A DNA stretch of 51,125 bases from Calditrichota bacterium. Its GTDB lineage: Bacteria; Electryoneota; AABM5-125-24; Hatepunaeales; Hatepunaeaceae. The notes below the pieces were generated by a model, which was given only the letters and a program-made list of their open reading frames with translations, made no database searches and was not told where the DNA came from. The translations under genes and the position numbers were made by a program. The stretch covers positions 1-51,125 of the forward strand of contig VGIO01000002.1 in the NCBI GenBank assembly GCA_016867855.1, given 5' to 3'. The number at the start of each line of letters is the position of its first letter. Position 1 is the stretch's first letter. Positions 24,950 to 34,785 of the stretch are shown here, piece by piece.

Positions 24950-25830
24950 GCGGTGACCAGGCGGAAGACCTGCGTCGTCAGAGAAAGTCGGAACAGATTA
25001 GCCGCCCGTCAGCGCACAGCGCTTTACGGATAACCATCACTGGCGGCAAAGGCGGTGTCGGCAAATCGAACTTCGCCCTCAACGCTGCCATAACTTTGGC
25101 AACCTTCGAGCGCAAGGTGCTGCTCGTTGACGCCGATGCAAATCTTGCCAATCTCGACTTGCTGCTCGGCGTGCATCCGCAATGGAATCTATCGGACCTC
25201 ATAGACGGGCGTAAGGATGTGCGCGAAGTGCTGGCGCCGGGCCCAGAAGGCATCAGCATTTTACCCGGCGCATCTGGAGACTTGAGTCTGCTTAATTTGA
25301 GCGCTGAAATCGAACATCGTTTGACGGCGAGTTTTAACGAACTCGACCAAACCTTCGATGTCATCATCATCGATACCAGCGCCGGTCTCTCGCCACAGAT
25401 AATTTCTTATGCCGCCGGCGCGGATGAAGTCATAATCATCACCCAACCTGAGCCGACTGCCGCCGCCGATGCTTATGCGATGATTAAGGTCATCTCGCGG
25501 CAAAGTCCTAACGCCCGGGTGCATATATTAGTCAATATGGTGAAATCGAACGAGCAAGCGGCCGACCTGTTCGACCGTTTGAATTTAGTCGTTCAAAATT
25601 TTCTGCAATTTCCGATAGAGTTTCTCGGCGCGCTGCCGTTCGACCCATTCGTCCAGCAGGCGGTTTCGATGCAAAAGCCATTTTGTCTCCAATTCCCCAA
25701 AGCGCCGGCTTCCATTGCCGTGCGGATGTTAATGCGGAAACTGCTGCGCCTCAACAAACCTCTCGCCTCCGAAACTAAAGGCACATTGCTGTCGCGCCTT
25801 TTTTATGTTAAAAGGAGTTCGAATGCCTAA
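24910..25830 (+). CDS. flhG: flagellar number regulator FlhG/FleN (MinD-family ATPase)
   Basis: N-terminal FlhF-activating 'DQAEDLR' motif. Deviant Walker A 'GGKGGVGKSNFALN'. Overlaps the flhF 3' end. Confidence 0.85.
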   Translation: MDNRIVEQRSRGLSGDQAEDLRRQRKSEQISRPSAHSALRITITGGKGGVGKSNFALNAAITLATFERKVLLVDADANLANLDLLLGVHPQWNLSDLIDGRKDVREVLAPGPEGISILPGASGDLSLLNLSAEIEHRLTASFNELDQTFDVIIIDTSAGLSPQIISYAAGADEVIIITQPEPTAAADAYAMIKVISRQSPNARVHILVNMVKSNEQAADLFDRLNLVVQNFLQFPIEFLGALPFDPFVQQAVSMQKPFCLQFPKAPASIAVRMLMRKLLRLNKPLASETKGTLLSRLFYVKRSSNA

Positions 25831-26140
25831 ACCACTGAAGACCGGCTACGACGCTCTCAGCCGGGACGCCGCCCTCATCTTCGCTCTGGGGGCTTTCATT
25901 TGGAGCCAGACAGCCGGCGTGGACGCCGTCAATGGCGTTTTGCGCGCCGGAGTGGTCTATATTGCCGCATCGATAGGGGCAATTGTTATGAAGAGTTCCC
26001 TGTTGAAAATCCTCGAAACTCCCGCTGCCGAGCCGGGGGGGAATTTGTCTGGCGCAGGTCTTTCACCGGAAGGGAGTTCAGCGCCAAAACCGACTAAGTC
26101 CGCCGTGGGATCCACGGCCGTCTTAAATACAGGTCGGTAA
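25823..26140 (+). CDS. hypothetical small two-helix membrane protein between flhG and fliA
   Basis: ORF with two hydrophobic helices ('AALIFALGAFIWSQ', 'AGVVYIAASIGAIVM'). Start chosen at the internal Met. Its stop lies 4 nt before fliA. Confidence 0.4.
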   Translation: MPKPLKTGYDALSRDAALIFALGAFIWSQTAGVDAVNGVLRAGVVYIAASIGAIVMKSSLLKILETPAAEPGGNLSGAGLSPEGSSAPKPTKSAVGSTAVLNTGR

Positions 26141-26143
26141 TAA

Positions 26144-26923
26144 ATGTTCCACCTTGCTGCCGCGCCAGAAGATGTGCGGGAATTGTGGCTGACCTATGCC
26201 AGCGGGCATGACGAGCGGACGCGCGAGCGTCTAATGATACACTATATCCCGCTGGTAAAGGTTGTGGCTGGACGAATGAAGGTCGGGCTGCCAGGGTCGG
26301 TTGTCTTTGACGACATCGTCAGCGCCGGCTTGATGGGGCTGCTCAACTGCATCGATAATTTCAGCCCGGAGCGCGGTTTCAAATTTGAAACCTATGCTGT
26401 GCCGCGCATCCGCGGGGCGATTTTAGACGGGCTGCGAGATGCCGATTGGCTGCCGCGTTCGGCGCGTCAAAAATCGCGCCGTCTCGACCAGGCAATGGAG
26501 AAATTGACTACGGAGAACGGCCGTCCGCCGGACGACCGCGAAGTCGCTCAAGAATTAGGCTTGGAAGGCGATGAATACAACCGATTTATGGAGCAAGCCG
26601 GCGCGGCAGCGCTCGTGTCGCTGGATACGCCTATCGCCGGCGAAGAGGGCGAAACCGGCTCGCTGCACGATGTCGTCGCCGACAGCCAAGCCGGCGACCC
26701 GCTCGCTGAATTAATTGAAAAAGATGCTAAAAAATGCGCGTTTCAACTCCTCGATGAACTTTCCGAGCAGGAACGGACAATTATTGCATTATATTATTAT
26801 GAGGAGTTGACCTTCCGCGAAATCGGCGAAGTCCTCGGCGTCACCGAGTCGCGCGTGTGCCAGATACACACCCGCGTCATCGCGACGCTGCGTTCAAGAC
26901 TGCGAAAAACACTGGAGGAATAA
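26144..26923 (+). CDS. fliA: RNA polymerase sigma factor FliA (sigma-28)
   Basis: Sigma-70 region 2 ('YAVPRIRGAILDGLRDADW') and region 4 HTH ('FREIGEVLGVTESRVCQIHTRVIATLR'), in flagellar-cluster context. Confidence 0.9.
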   Translation: MFHLAAAPEDVRELWLTYASGHDERTRERLMIHYIPLVKVVAGRMKVGLPGSVVFDDIVSAGLMGLLNCIDNFSPERGFKFETYAVPRIRGAILDGLRDADWLPRSARQKSRRLDQAMEKLTTENGRPPDDREVAQELGLEGDEYNRFMEQAGAAALVSLDTPIAGEEGETGSLHDVVADSQAGDPLAELIEKDAKKCAFQLLDELSEQERTIIALYYYEELTFREIGEVLGVTESRVCQIHTRVIATLRSRLRKTLEE

Positions 26924-26926
26924 TAA

Positions 26927-27163
26927 ATGGACGGACTCAACTCTCTACTGGCAGTAACCGCGCTGCCGCCGCTGACGACCTACCAGACACCGCGCACCAA
27001 TCCAGAACCGCGTCATCGGCGGGAACATCATCACCCCAAAGAAGAGCGCTCCGACCGAGAGGAGTCCGAAGAAGAAGACAATACTTCTGCTCCCAGCGTC
27101 GAGGCTCTAAATCCTGTTGAGGATTCAACACGATTAGGGAGTCATATTGACATTCAAATCTAA
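26927..27163 (+). CDS. small acidic protein translationally coupled to fliA (candidate anti-sigma-28 / FlgM-like; unverified)
   Basis: 78-aa ORF starting 3 nt after the fliA stop. Highly charged ('HRREHHHPKEERSDREESEEEDN'). C-terminal 'SVEALNPVEDS' is only weakly FlgM-like. Confidence 0.35.
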   Translation: MDGLNSLLAVTALPPLTTYQTPRTNPEPRHRREHHHPKEERSDREESEEEDNTSAPSVEALNPVEDSTRLGSHIDIQI

Positions 27164-27183
27164 CTGCTATCTGCGGAGACGCG

Positions 27184-28077
27184 ATGGACGATAAGAACCG
27201 CCTCGAACGGATGCGGCTCATTACCCAACGCGTCAATAACATACCCACGTTGCCGGAAGTGATGACCAAGATCATCCAGATGGTCGATGATCCAAGAACA
27301 ACCGCCAATTTATTGGCTGAATATATCGGCCGCGACCAAGCCTTAACCGCTAAAATACTTAAACTCGCTAATTCAGCCTTCTACGGTTTCCCGCAAAAAA
27401 TCGGCACCATCAATCTGGCAATTGTCGTCCTCGGCTTCGAATCGGTCAAAGACCTCGGACTATCGGCAGCCGTAGTTGAGACCTTCAGGGAAGGCGAATA
27501 CAACGGCGTCTTCGACCTTCATCACTTCTGGGTCCACGCCGTTGCGGTTGCCGCCGGTTGCAAGATAGTCTCCCGTCATATGAAAGTAAATATCTCCGGC
27601 GAAATATTCGTCGCCGGCTTGTTGCACGACATCGGCAAACTGATTTTGTGCCGACACTTGACCGAAGAATACATAGTCGTCATAAAAACCGCCCGCGAAC
27701 AGAAAAAGGACATCTATCGGATGGAACTTGAACTGCTCGGCTTCAACCACGCCGATGTCGGTGGTTGGCTGTCCGAGCAATGGAATCTGCCGCAGCATCA
27801 AACTAACGCTATCTATTACCATCCCTATCCCTGGCTGTCCTACCGCGAGCCTAATCTGGCGATGCTGGTCAACTTTGCTAATCTGCTGGCGAATAAAGCC
27901 GGTTATGACGCCATCGAAGACATAGTTGCACCGGAAATGCACCCCAAAGTCATAACTTACCTGCATCTGAAAAAGTGTTCGGAAACGGAAGTCGATTGGG
28001 AATATTATTTGAACCTGCTGTCAGTTGAAATGGAGCATGCCAAGGGATTTCTATCTCTGCTAAGGCAAATTGAATAG
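27184..28077 (+). CDS. HDOD-domain signalling protein
   Basis: 'LPTLPEVMTKIIQMVDDPRTT...LAEYIGRDQALTAKILKLANSAFYG' and 'AGLLHDIGKLIL' are characteristic of HDOD. Confidence 0.8.
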   Translation: MDDKNRLERMRLITQRVNNIPTLPEVMTKIIQMVDDPRTTANLLAEYIGRDQALTAKILKLANSAFYGFPQKIGTINLAIVVLGFESVKDLGLSAAVVETFREGEYNGVFDLHHFWVHAVAVAAGCKIVSRHMKVNISGEIFVAGLLHDIGKLILCRHLTEEYIVVIKTAREQKKDIYRMELELLGFNHADVGGWLSEQWNLPQHQTNAIYYHPYPWLSYREPNLAMLVNFANLLANKAGYDAIEDIVAPEMHPKVITYLHLKKCSETEVDWEYYLNLLSVEMEHAKGFLSLLRQIE

Positions 28078-28125
28078 ACGGCTGAAATATGCTCGCGATG
28101 CGGGCGGATATTTGAGTCTTAATAG

Positions 28126-29583
28126 ATGGACGTTATGGACAGAATAGACGGTGCGAACAGAGATTACTCGCTTTATGGCTGGTTTTCGGCATTCGTTGCC
28201 CAATGGTGCGCGATGAAGAAGACCTGCCTAATACTTGCTGGAATTATCTATGTTGCGCTTTATCCGTCTTTAGCGACGGCTTCGCAAGTGATAAAAATCG
28301 ACCGCGGCGTCCACTCCGACTTTGAAATCTTCGTTTTTCACTGTGATTCAGCGGGCGAGTTCCGGCTCGAATACGACCGCGTTGCGCAGGAAGTAACCGT
28401 CGAATTGGAGGATGGTAAAATCGCCCGGTCAGCCGCGGTTGAAATCGCTCGCCTGCAGCCTGGCAGCGCCTTCAGCGCGGCGCGTGTCGAGCCAAATTAT
28501 GGGCGGATCGCGCTGAAGGTTCAGGGCGCGGTCTTCGTCCGGGAATACTACATCGGCGAGCCGGCGGCATTGATACTCGACCTCAGCCGCGCCGCGGACG
28601 CTGCGGCCGCGTTGCCGTTTGAGTTGGACCGTGGCGATTACTTGCGCAGAGGCGGGCAGGCTGAACGCAGTGGACGGCTCGAATTAGCGCTGGCTTATGT
28701 CAACCGCGTGCAAGCCGCAGATCCATCCGACATCGCGCTGACCCATCGCAGCGGCGTCATCGAGCAACGTTTAGGCCGCTGGGACCAAGCCCTTGAAACC
28801 TTTGCCCGCACGGCGCTGATGGCTGAATTCGCCGACGACGCCTATGCCCGCCGCACGCTCATCTATTTCGCCAAAGGCGATGCGGACGCCGCGGTCAACG
28901 AGTGGTCAGCGCATTTCCACCGCATCAAGCCGGCTGTAATGCCTCAGACCGCGCCGGAAATCGTCCAAACCTCGACGCCGCCTGCAAATCCTAATGCATC
29001 TGGTGAGATTGCCGAACCGCAGATGGCGCGGTTTGTTCTGCCGAAATTATTAGACCTGAACGAAAAAGGCTATCGCTACCTCGGCTTGGGCTTGCTTATT
29101 GTTGGACTGACCGCTCTAATTGCGACCCTGTTAAGCGGCCGGCAGGGGGCTGAAGAATATCTGTTCGCCTATCCAGCGCCGGAAGTCGAATATAATGCCA
29201 AATTCACATCCCGGACCGCTAAAACCGAACCGGCTTCGACATTAAATACCTATTTCGATAGAATTTTGCGACCGGTAAACATTGAAAAAACTCCCGTTCC
29301 GCCGGTGCAAACTGAAAACCACCAACCAGTCGCAGCTGCGTATTCTCAGTCTTATGCCTACAGCGCGTATCGTAAAATCAACGGACTCGGCGCTCCCGCC
29401 AAACTGGCTGAACCTGTCAAAATAAAAACCCACACCTCGCCCCGCGTCCAGTTGGACCGGATTCTCGCCCTGCGCGCTGAGAACTATAGCGAGAGCGAAA
29501 TCGCCGGTCGTTTGGGCTTAAGCCGCGATGTCGTGGCGATGGCGCTCAGTCTGGCTCAAACCGCCGAAGTAAAACCTTCTTAA
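28126..29583 (+). CDS. hypothetical membrane-anchored protein with C-terminal sigma-70-region-4/LuxR-like HTH
   Basis: N-terminal TM helix, TPR-like middle, second TM 'YLGLGLLIVGLTALIATLL', Pro-rich linker, then 'SESEIAGRLGLSRDVVAMALSLAQ' HTH. Its stop is adjacent to the next ORF's start. Confidence 0.4.
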   Translation: MDVMDRIDGANRDYSLYGWFSAFVAQWCAMKKTCLILAGIIYVALYPSLATASQVIKIDRGVHSDFEIFVFHCDSAGEFRLEYDRVAQEVTVELEDGKIARSAAVEIARLQPGSAFSAARVEPNYGRIALKVQGAVFVREYYIGEPAALILDLSRAADAAAALPFELDRGDYLRRGGQAERSGRLELALAYVNRVQAADPSDIALTHRSGVIEQRLGRWDQALETFARTALMAEFADDAYARRTLIYFAKGDADAAVNEWSAHFHRIKPAVMPQTAPEIVQTSTPPANPNASGEIAEPQMARFVLPKLLDLNEKGYRYLGLGLLIVGLTALIATLLSGRQGAEEYLFAYPAPEVEYNAKFTSRTAKTEPASTLNTYFDRILRPVNIEKTPVPPVQTENHQPVAAAYSQSYAYSAYRKINGLGAPAKLAEPVKIKTHTSPRVQLDRILALRAENYSESEIAGRLGLSRDVVAMALSLAQTAEVKPS

Positions 29584-29584
29584 A

Positions 29585-30301
29585 ATGACGATCAAAATAG
29601 ATACCGCCCGCATTTCGCCGAATGCTGAATGCGTCGATTACTTTGTGCGCTTCAGTGGGATTGCCGCGCTGGGAGTGCTTGCCAGCGCGATAATGCACGA
29701 CACCCGCAACGCGCTCTCCATCATCACCGGCAACGCCCAGTTGCTGCAAATGAAAGGCGCGTCGATCGACGCTGAAGAATATGAGCGCCGGCTCGAATTG
29801 ATTGTCTGCCAAATCGAGCGCATTGAGCGCGCACTCGGACGCGTCGAAAGTTTTAGAATGCGAGCCGAAGGCAAGGACGGCCAGACTACGGCCATTCAAG
29901 CCCTCGATAACACTATTTTTGCTTTAAAGAGTTACCGTCCCGACACATCGGTTACAATCGAAGGCAGGACTGACCTGCCGGAATATAATCTAGCCTGTCC
30001 GGCCGGCACAGCCGAATTTGTCCTGATAGAGTCGATGCTCGACCTATTGCGTCTGAAGCCTGAACCTCCGCACTTGAGCATTGCTTCCGATTGGAATGAC
30101 TCGGGCTTGAGACTTCTCATCGGCCTTATCCAACCGTCGGCTTTAAATGCTGCCGATATGGACGCCGAATCGACGCCGTTCCACGAATTATGGTTGAATG
30201 TAATTGCCCTGCGCTTCGGCGGCAAATTGACAAAAGAGCCGGACCATAACGCCTTCCGTTGGGATTTGTTCATCCCCTGGGAGAAAAAGCGTAATGTATA
30301 A
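29585..30301 (+). CDS. HisKA-like phosphoacceptor domain protein lacking a recognisable ATPase (HATPase_c) domain
   Basis: H-box 'IMHDTRNALSIITGNAQLL'. No N/G1/G2 boxes are identifiable in the remaining ~150 aa. Confidence 0.45.
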   Translation: MTIKIDTARISPNAECVDYFVRFSGIAALGVLASAIMHDTRNALSIITGNAQLLQMKGASIDAEEYERRLELIVCQIERIERALGRVESFRMRAEGKDGQTTAIQALDNTIFALKSYRPDTSVTIEGRTDLPEYNLACPAGTAEFVLIESMLDLLRLKPEPPHLSIASDWNDSGLRLLIGLIQPSALNAADMDAESTPFHELWLNVIALRFGGKLTKEPDHNAFRWDLFIPWEKKRNV

Positions 30302-30556
30302 ATTTTCTACCAAAAGATGATTTAGGAGGTATAGGTGATTTGGACATAGCGGACTGGATTGATCTTGTGGATGATATAATACAACACACCTTCATTGTCC
30401 CGGTGAAATCGCCGAGAACCTTTCACTTTGACTTTCCTTAATTTCCTGCCTTTGAGCATAATACCGACGCGCTAGAATATTTGCAAGTGATAGAACTTTT
30501 TATATATTAAATACTAACTAATCCAAAAACTCCATATTTAACCTGGAATCCTTATT

Positions 30557-31768
30557 TTGAGCCGTGAAGCGCTGAAATTCCTGCAGATATCCGACCTGCA
30601 TTTAGGCGCCGGACTGGCTGGCGGGCGGCTTAAACTGCCTTACGACAAAATCCAAATCCGCGCCCGCGAGATGCGCGAAGTCGTCAAGACCGCTATCGAA
30701 CTGGCGCGCAACGAGGCTGTCGAAGCAATGCTCATCCCCGGCGATTTGTGGGAACAGGACGGCGTGAGTTTGGAAGATATCAATTACATCTTAGATTACT
30801 TTGAACGCGCCCAAATCCCTATCCTCATCGCGCCGGGCAACCACGATTATTACTATCCTTCCAGTCATTACAACGATAACCTCATCGCTTCGACCTGCCG
30901 GCGACGTTGGCCGTCGAATGTCCATATTTTTAGGGATTACGAGTTCGACCATATAATGCTTCCGGAATTGCCGGAAGTCGTTTTCAGCGGTTTTGCGTAT
31001 CGCAGCGCCAGCGAGGTGCATATAAGGCTGTTAGAGTCGCGTGTCGAGACGCCGGATGCGGCTCTGCATATCTGCCTGTTGCATGGTTCACGCGATAACA
31101 ATCTGCCGAACGGCAAAATGCGCACCCTGCCCTTCAGCGATGCGGACCTGCTCAACCAGCCGTTCGATTGGACGGCGCTGGGGCATTACCACCGGCATTC
31201 GATAATTCAGGATGACCAAGGGCGTATCCGGGCGGCTTACACCGGCGCAGCGTCGGCGTTCTCGCTGAACGAAACCGAAGCCGGCGGGGCGCTGCTCGGC
31301 GTAGTTCGCCCGGGCGGCGTCAAACCGGATGAATTGAAATTAATCCAACTCGATGCACGCCGAATACATCACTTATCAATGGACATCACCGGCTGCGCAC
31401 ACACGCAAGCCGTCGAGGAGCGCATCGAAGCCGGTTTGCGCGCCGGTAATGTCGGCAAGGACGACATCGCTTTGGTCGAATTGACCGGCGCTTATCCGCC
31501 GGGCAGCCGTATATTTTTAAGCGAAGATTTCATCCGCTCGGCTTGCTGGTTTCTACGCGTCGAAACAGAACGTGTGCTGCCGGAGTGGTCGCTGGAAGGT
31601 TTGAGCGAAGTCAATCCTCGAACCACGGAAGGATTGTTCATTGCCCGTATCAAACAGATGATGGAGGACGCCGACCGACGTGGCGACACTATTGAGCGCC
31701 AGCGCCTACAGCATGCAATGCAATACGGACTCAACGCCCTCCATAGCCGACCGATTAATGTCCGGTAA
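30557..31768 (+). CDS. calcineurin-like metallophosphoesterase (SbcD/Mre11-like nuclease family)
   Basis: 'LQISDLHLG', 'IPGDLWEQ' and 'APGNHDYY' are phosphoesterase motifs I-III. TTG start. Confidence 0.7.
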   Translation: MSREALKFLQISDLHLGAGLAGGRLKLPYDKIQIRAREMREVVKTAIELARNEAVEAMLIPGDLWEQDGVSLEDINYILDYFERAQIPILIAPGNHDYYYPSSHYNDNLIASTCRRRWPSNVHIFRDYEFDHIMLPELPEVVFSGFAYRSASEVHIRLLESRVETPDAALHICLLHGSRDNNLPNGKMRTLPFSDADLLNQPFDWTALGHYHRHSIIQDDQGRIRAAYTGAASAFSLNETEAGGALLGVVRPGGVKPDELKLIQLDARRIHHLSMDITGCAHTQAVEERIEAGLRAGNVGKDDIALVELTGAYPPGSRIFLSEDFIRSACWFLRVETERVLPEWSLEGLSEVNPRTTEGLFIARIKQMMEDADRRGDTIERQRLQHAMQYGLNALHSRPINVR

Positions 31769-31897
31769 ATGACAATGCCAATGCTGATACTGATGCTGAT
31801 ATTATAATTAAGGAGGCAGGGAAGCAAGCGTTCGGCGCTTGATGCCGGTTACAATGCTAACTTTTGAACCTGCGAATTTGCAAAATAGTAAAACTAA

Positions 31898-32581
31898 ATG
31901 CCCAATTCCGACCCTATTGAGCCAAAGCCGCAGATTATAAAGCCCGGTTTTTGGCGGCATTTGCGCAGCGACCTCATAACCGGCAGTCTGATTTTGGCGC
32001 CGGTGGTGATAACGCTCTACCTGCTGTGGAAACTGTTCGGCATTTTGGACAGCATCTTTGGCAGGATTTTAAGCGTCATTCTGCGCGAATGGCTGGGCGT
32101 AACTTTCTTTGGCGCGGGCAATCTGCCTGGCGTCGGGCTGATTGCGCTTCTATTGTTGTTGGTCCTCACCGGTTTTGCCGCGCGCCATGTTGTCGGCCGC
32201 TGGTTTATCGTCCGCACGCAAGATTTAATCGGCAATATCCCGCTCGTCAACCGCATATATAAAACCTTCCAACAGATCGGCGACGCCCTGTTTAAGAGCC
32301 GACGTGAAATATTCAAGCGCGCGGTTTTGGTCGAATATCCGCGGGCGGGCGTCTATTCCTTAGGCATCGTAACATCTGAAAGCACCGGCAAACTGCAGCC
32401 GTATTTAAATGAAGATTCGGTCTGCGTTTTCATTGTCAGCACGCCGAATCCTACCACCGGCTTCATAATTTTCGTGCCGCGCCGCCAACTAATCGACATC
32501 GATATATCGGTCGAAGAAGCCTTAAAAATCGTCATCTCCGGCGGCATTATCAGCGCTTCGGAAGACCAAACAACTTCTTAA
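31898..32581 (+). CDS. DUF502 (COG2928) family membrane protein
   Basis: Two N-terminal TM helices and the conserved 'IPLVNRIYKTFQQIGDALF...RAVLVEYPRAGVYSLGIVT' block. Confidence 0.7.
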   Translation: MPNSDPIEPKPQIIKPGFWRHLRSDLITGSLILAPVVITLYLLWKLFGILDSIFGRILSVILREWLGVTFFGAGNLPGVGLIALLLLLVLTGFAARHVVGRWFIVRTQDLIGNIPLVNRIYKTFQQIGDALFKSRREIFKRAVLVEYPRAGVYSLGIVTSESTGKLQPYLNEDSVCVFIVSTPNPTTGFIIFVPRRQLIDIDISVEEALKIVISGGIISASEDQTTS

Positions 32582-32589
32582 AAGAATCA

Positions 32590-34350
32590 GTGGTTTTCGC
32601 ACGCCTCACACTGCTTGTCGGCGTCGCAATTCTGTTTCGCATCGCCTTTGCGCAGGATGCTGAAACGCTTCCACCGCCATCCCTTACCTTAACCTCGCAT
32701 CAGACTTTCCTCATCTGGCAGAAGGGACTCGATTACGATGCCTGGCGCGTGGGCGCTGGGCATCGATTCAATCTCGCCAGCGGGGGGACAGCCTCTATTG
32801 ACCAGCGCCTCGAGGCGCAACTCTGGCGCCCGCCGGACAGCCATCGACAATGGAAGGGCGACGGCAGCCTTAAGTTCGCGCTGCGACAGCCGGTAATGCC
32901 GCCGTTCCTTCTCGCATCTAAGGGAGAGTTCGATTTTTTCAACGATGACCGAACGGAAATCTATCGCGGATTATTAACCGCCGGTGGTGTCTGGCGAGCC
33001 AATGAAGCGGTCGAAATAACCGGCGGTTTAGGACCGGTTTATGAAAAGCGCTGGGGGAGGAAGCGCGGCGGACCTCTTTTTGAAGCCGCGGCGAGCCTAA
33101 AGACCGCTACTGAACGTTGCGAAATGAGCGGCCGACTTAAGAACCTGCCTGAAGTAAAAGAATCCGAATTGCGCATCGCTGCCGATTTAGACTATAGTCT
33201 CTCGGATGCGGCTTCGGACCGGGTCGAATTGCGCTACTCCACGATTACTTCGCCGGAATTTGCAATGGATGTCCAAGCCTTAAGCCGCCGCTGCGACGAG
33301 CGGTTGGCATTCGATAACCTGCTAAAGACTCAACCCGCTAACGAAATACAATTTCAATGGCGCTCCAATTTAGCCCGCCAGCGAGCGAGTCATTTTTTCA
33401 TAGATAACAATTATAGCGACTTCGAGTTTAACTGGAATAATGATTTGAGCGTGGTCTATCAGCCGGTCGGCTGGCGGTTCGTCTCGTCCGGCGGGCTGGA
33501 TTTGCAGGAACAGCAATATGCCGGCAGCCTGACTCAAGGCCGCCGTATGCATCTCGGCACGGCGGTCTGCCTGTTGCCGCAGTTGATCGACTCCACTTCG
33601 CTTTCCGTTCGTGTAATTAATTATCGCTTCGACACACCTGACCCGAATGATTATAACGACCGCGACGAACTGCGTTATATCACCCGCTGGACGCTCGGCA
33701 GCCGATTGACATCAGCGGTCGGCATTAGGCTGAAAGTCGAAGCCGACCTTAACCATTTGGTCTATATCTACCGCGATCGCAGCGATGACAACCGCTGGCA
33801 GCGGCTATTTACTTTCAGCGTTGAGACGCCGTGGCGGACATCAAATATCGACAACCTCGCCCGTTTCACTATCAGCGCCAACTATTCGATATATGATTTT
33901 GCGCCTTATTCAGAGACCTTCAGCCGGGCTTATCGCGCTTATCGCGCCGACGATTCGCTGGATATTTCACTAACCGACGCTTTGAGCCTGCAAATCGGCG
34001 GGCAGTTAACTCTGGAAGACAATGGCGGGATGCACTGGCGGCGCTGGGTGCAGAATGTGGCGGAAGACGGTTATGCATCCAATTTGAAAGTCTTGCCTTT
34101 ATACAAGTGGCGCGGTGGGCGCGCCGGCGCTGGCTGGAGTCTGACTTATCGCCGCACGGACGAACATCTCGCCTCTGGCGCGCGCCGCGGGCTGGAATCG
34201 GTGCATTCGAGCGGACCGGTCTTCCATTTCGAATTAAAACACCGAAAATTAGACATCCAACTTAACGCCATCTGGCTGAATGTTCACGACCGTTTACGGG
34301 GCGAATACTTCTTGCCGGATGTCAGATTAGCGCTAAATTATGCGGGATAA
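32590..34350 (+). CDS. hypothetical secreted/outer-membrane protein
   Basis: Signal peptide 'MVFARLTLLVGVAILFRIAFAQD', then 560 aa rich in alternating beta-strand-like segments. No recognisable catalytic motif. Confidence 0.35.
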   Translation: MVFARLTLLVGVAILFRIAFAQDAETLPPPSLTLTSHQTFLIWQKGLDYDAWRVGAGHRFNLASGGTASIDQRLEAQLWRPPDSHRQWKGDGSLKFALRQPVMPPFLLASKGEFDFFNDDRTEIYRGLLTAGGVWRANEAVEITGGLGPVYEKRWGRKRGGPLFEAAASLKTATERCEMSGRLKNLPEVKESELRIAADLDYSLSDAASDRVELRYSTITSPEFAMDVQALSRRCDERLAFDNLLKTQPANEIQFQWRSNLARQRASHFFIDNNYSDFEFNWNNDLSVVYQPVGWRFVSSGGLDLQEQQYAGSLTQGRRMHLGTAVCLLPQLIDSTSLSVRVINYRFDTPDPNDYNDRDELRYITRWTLGSRLTSAVGIRLKVEADLNHLVYIYRDRSDDNRWQRLFTFSVETPWRTSNIDNLARFTISANYSIYDFAPYSETFSRAYRAYRADDSLDISLTDALSLQIGGQLTLEDNGGMHWRRWVQNVAEDGYASNLKVLPLYKWRGGRAGAGWSLTYRRTDEHLASGARRGLESVHSSGPVFHFELKHRKLDIQLNAIWLNVHDRLRGEYFLPDVRLALNYAG

Positions 34351-34535
34351 AAGGATTTTGTAAATATAATAGTATTTTTTATAATATTCGTTGACCCATG
34401 CAGGCTTGTCATTCTTGCGCAGCAGGCTGTCCGAAAATGTTATATTGCCCGCCGTCAACTCGCCGTAGTCAACGGCAGAACAATGTAATTCCTATAGTTA
34501 CGCTGCCAACCACGATGGGTTGGCTGCGGGTAATG

Positions 34536-34697
34536 GCATTCTCGGACAATCTGGCAGGCGAGAATCCAACCAATATTTCGATATTTCAATCGAGCTAATT
34601 GCAAAAGTGATAATTAATCTAGAAAATTCAGATATGGCAAGGCGGACGAGGGCGTCCGCCTTGCCATCAGTTAATAAATCCAACACTTTTGCAATTA
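34536..34697. repeat. second copy of the nested palindromic element (inner core GGCAAGGCGGACGAGGGCGTCCGCCTTGCC; outer arms TAATTGCAAAAGTG/CACTTTTGCAATTA; plus 'CATTCTCGGACAA' fragment)
   Basis: Shares the inner palindrome and the 'ATTCTCGGACAA' arm with 18000-18121. Lies in the intergenic region upstream of adenine deaminase. Confidence 0.65.
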
Positions 34698-34785
34698 CCT
34701 CAATTTTTAACCTGATTCCCACTTACACGGAAATGACGCACAATTTTAACGCTAATATAAGACAATTCATAATACAGAGGCTGCT

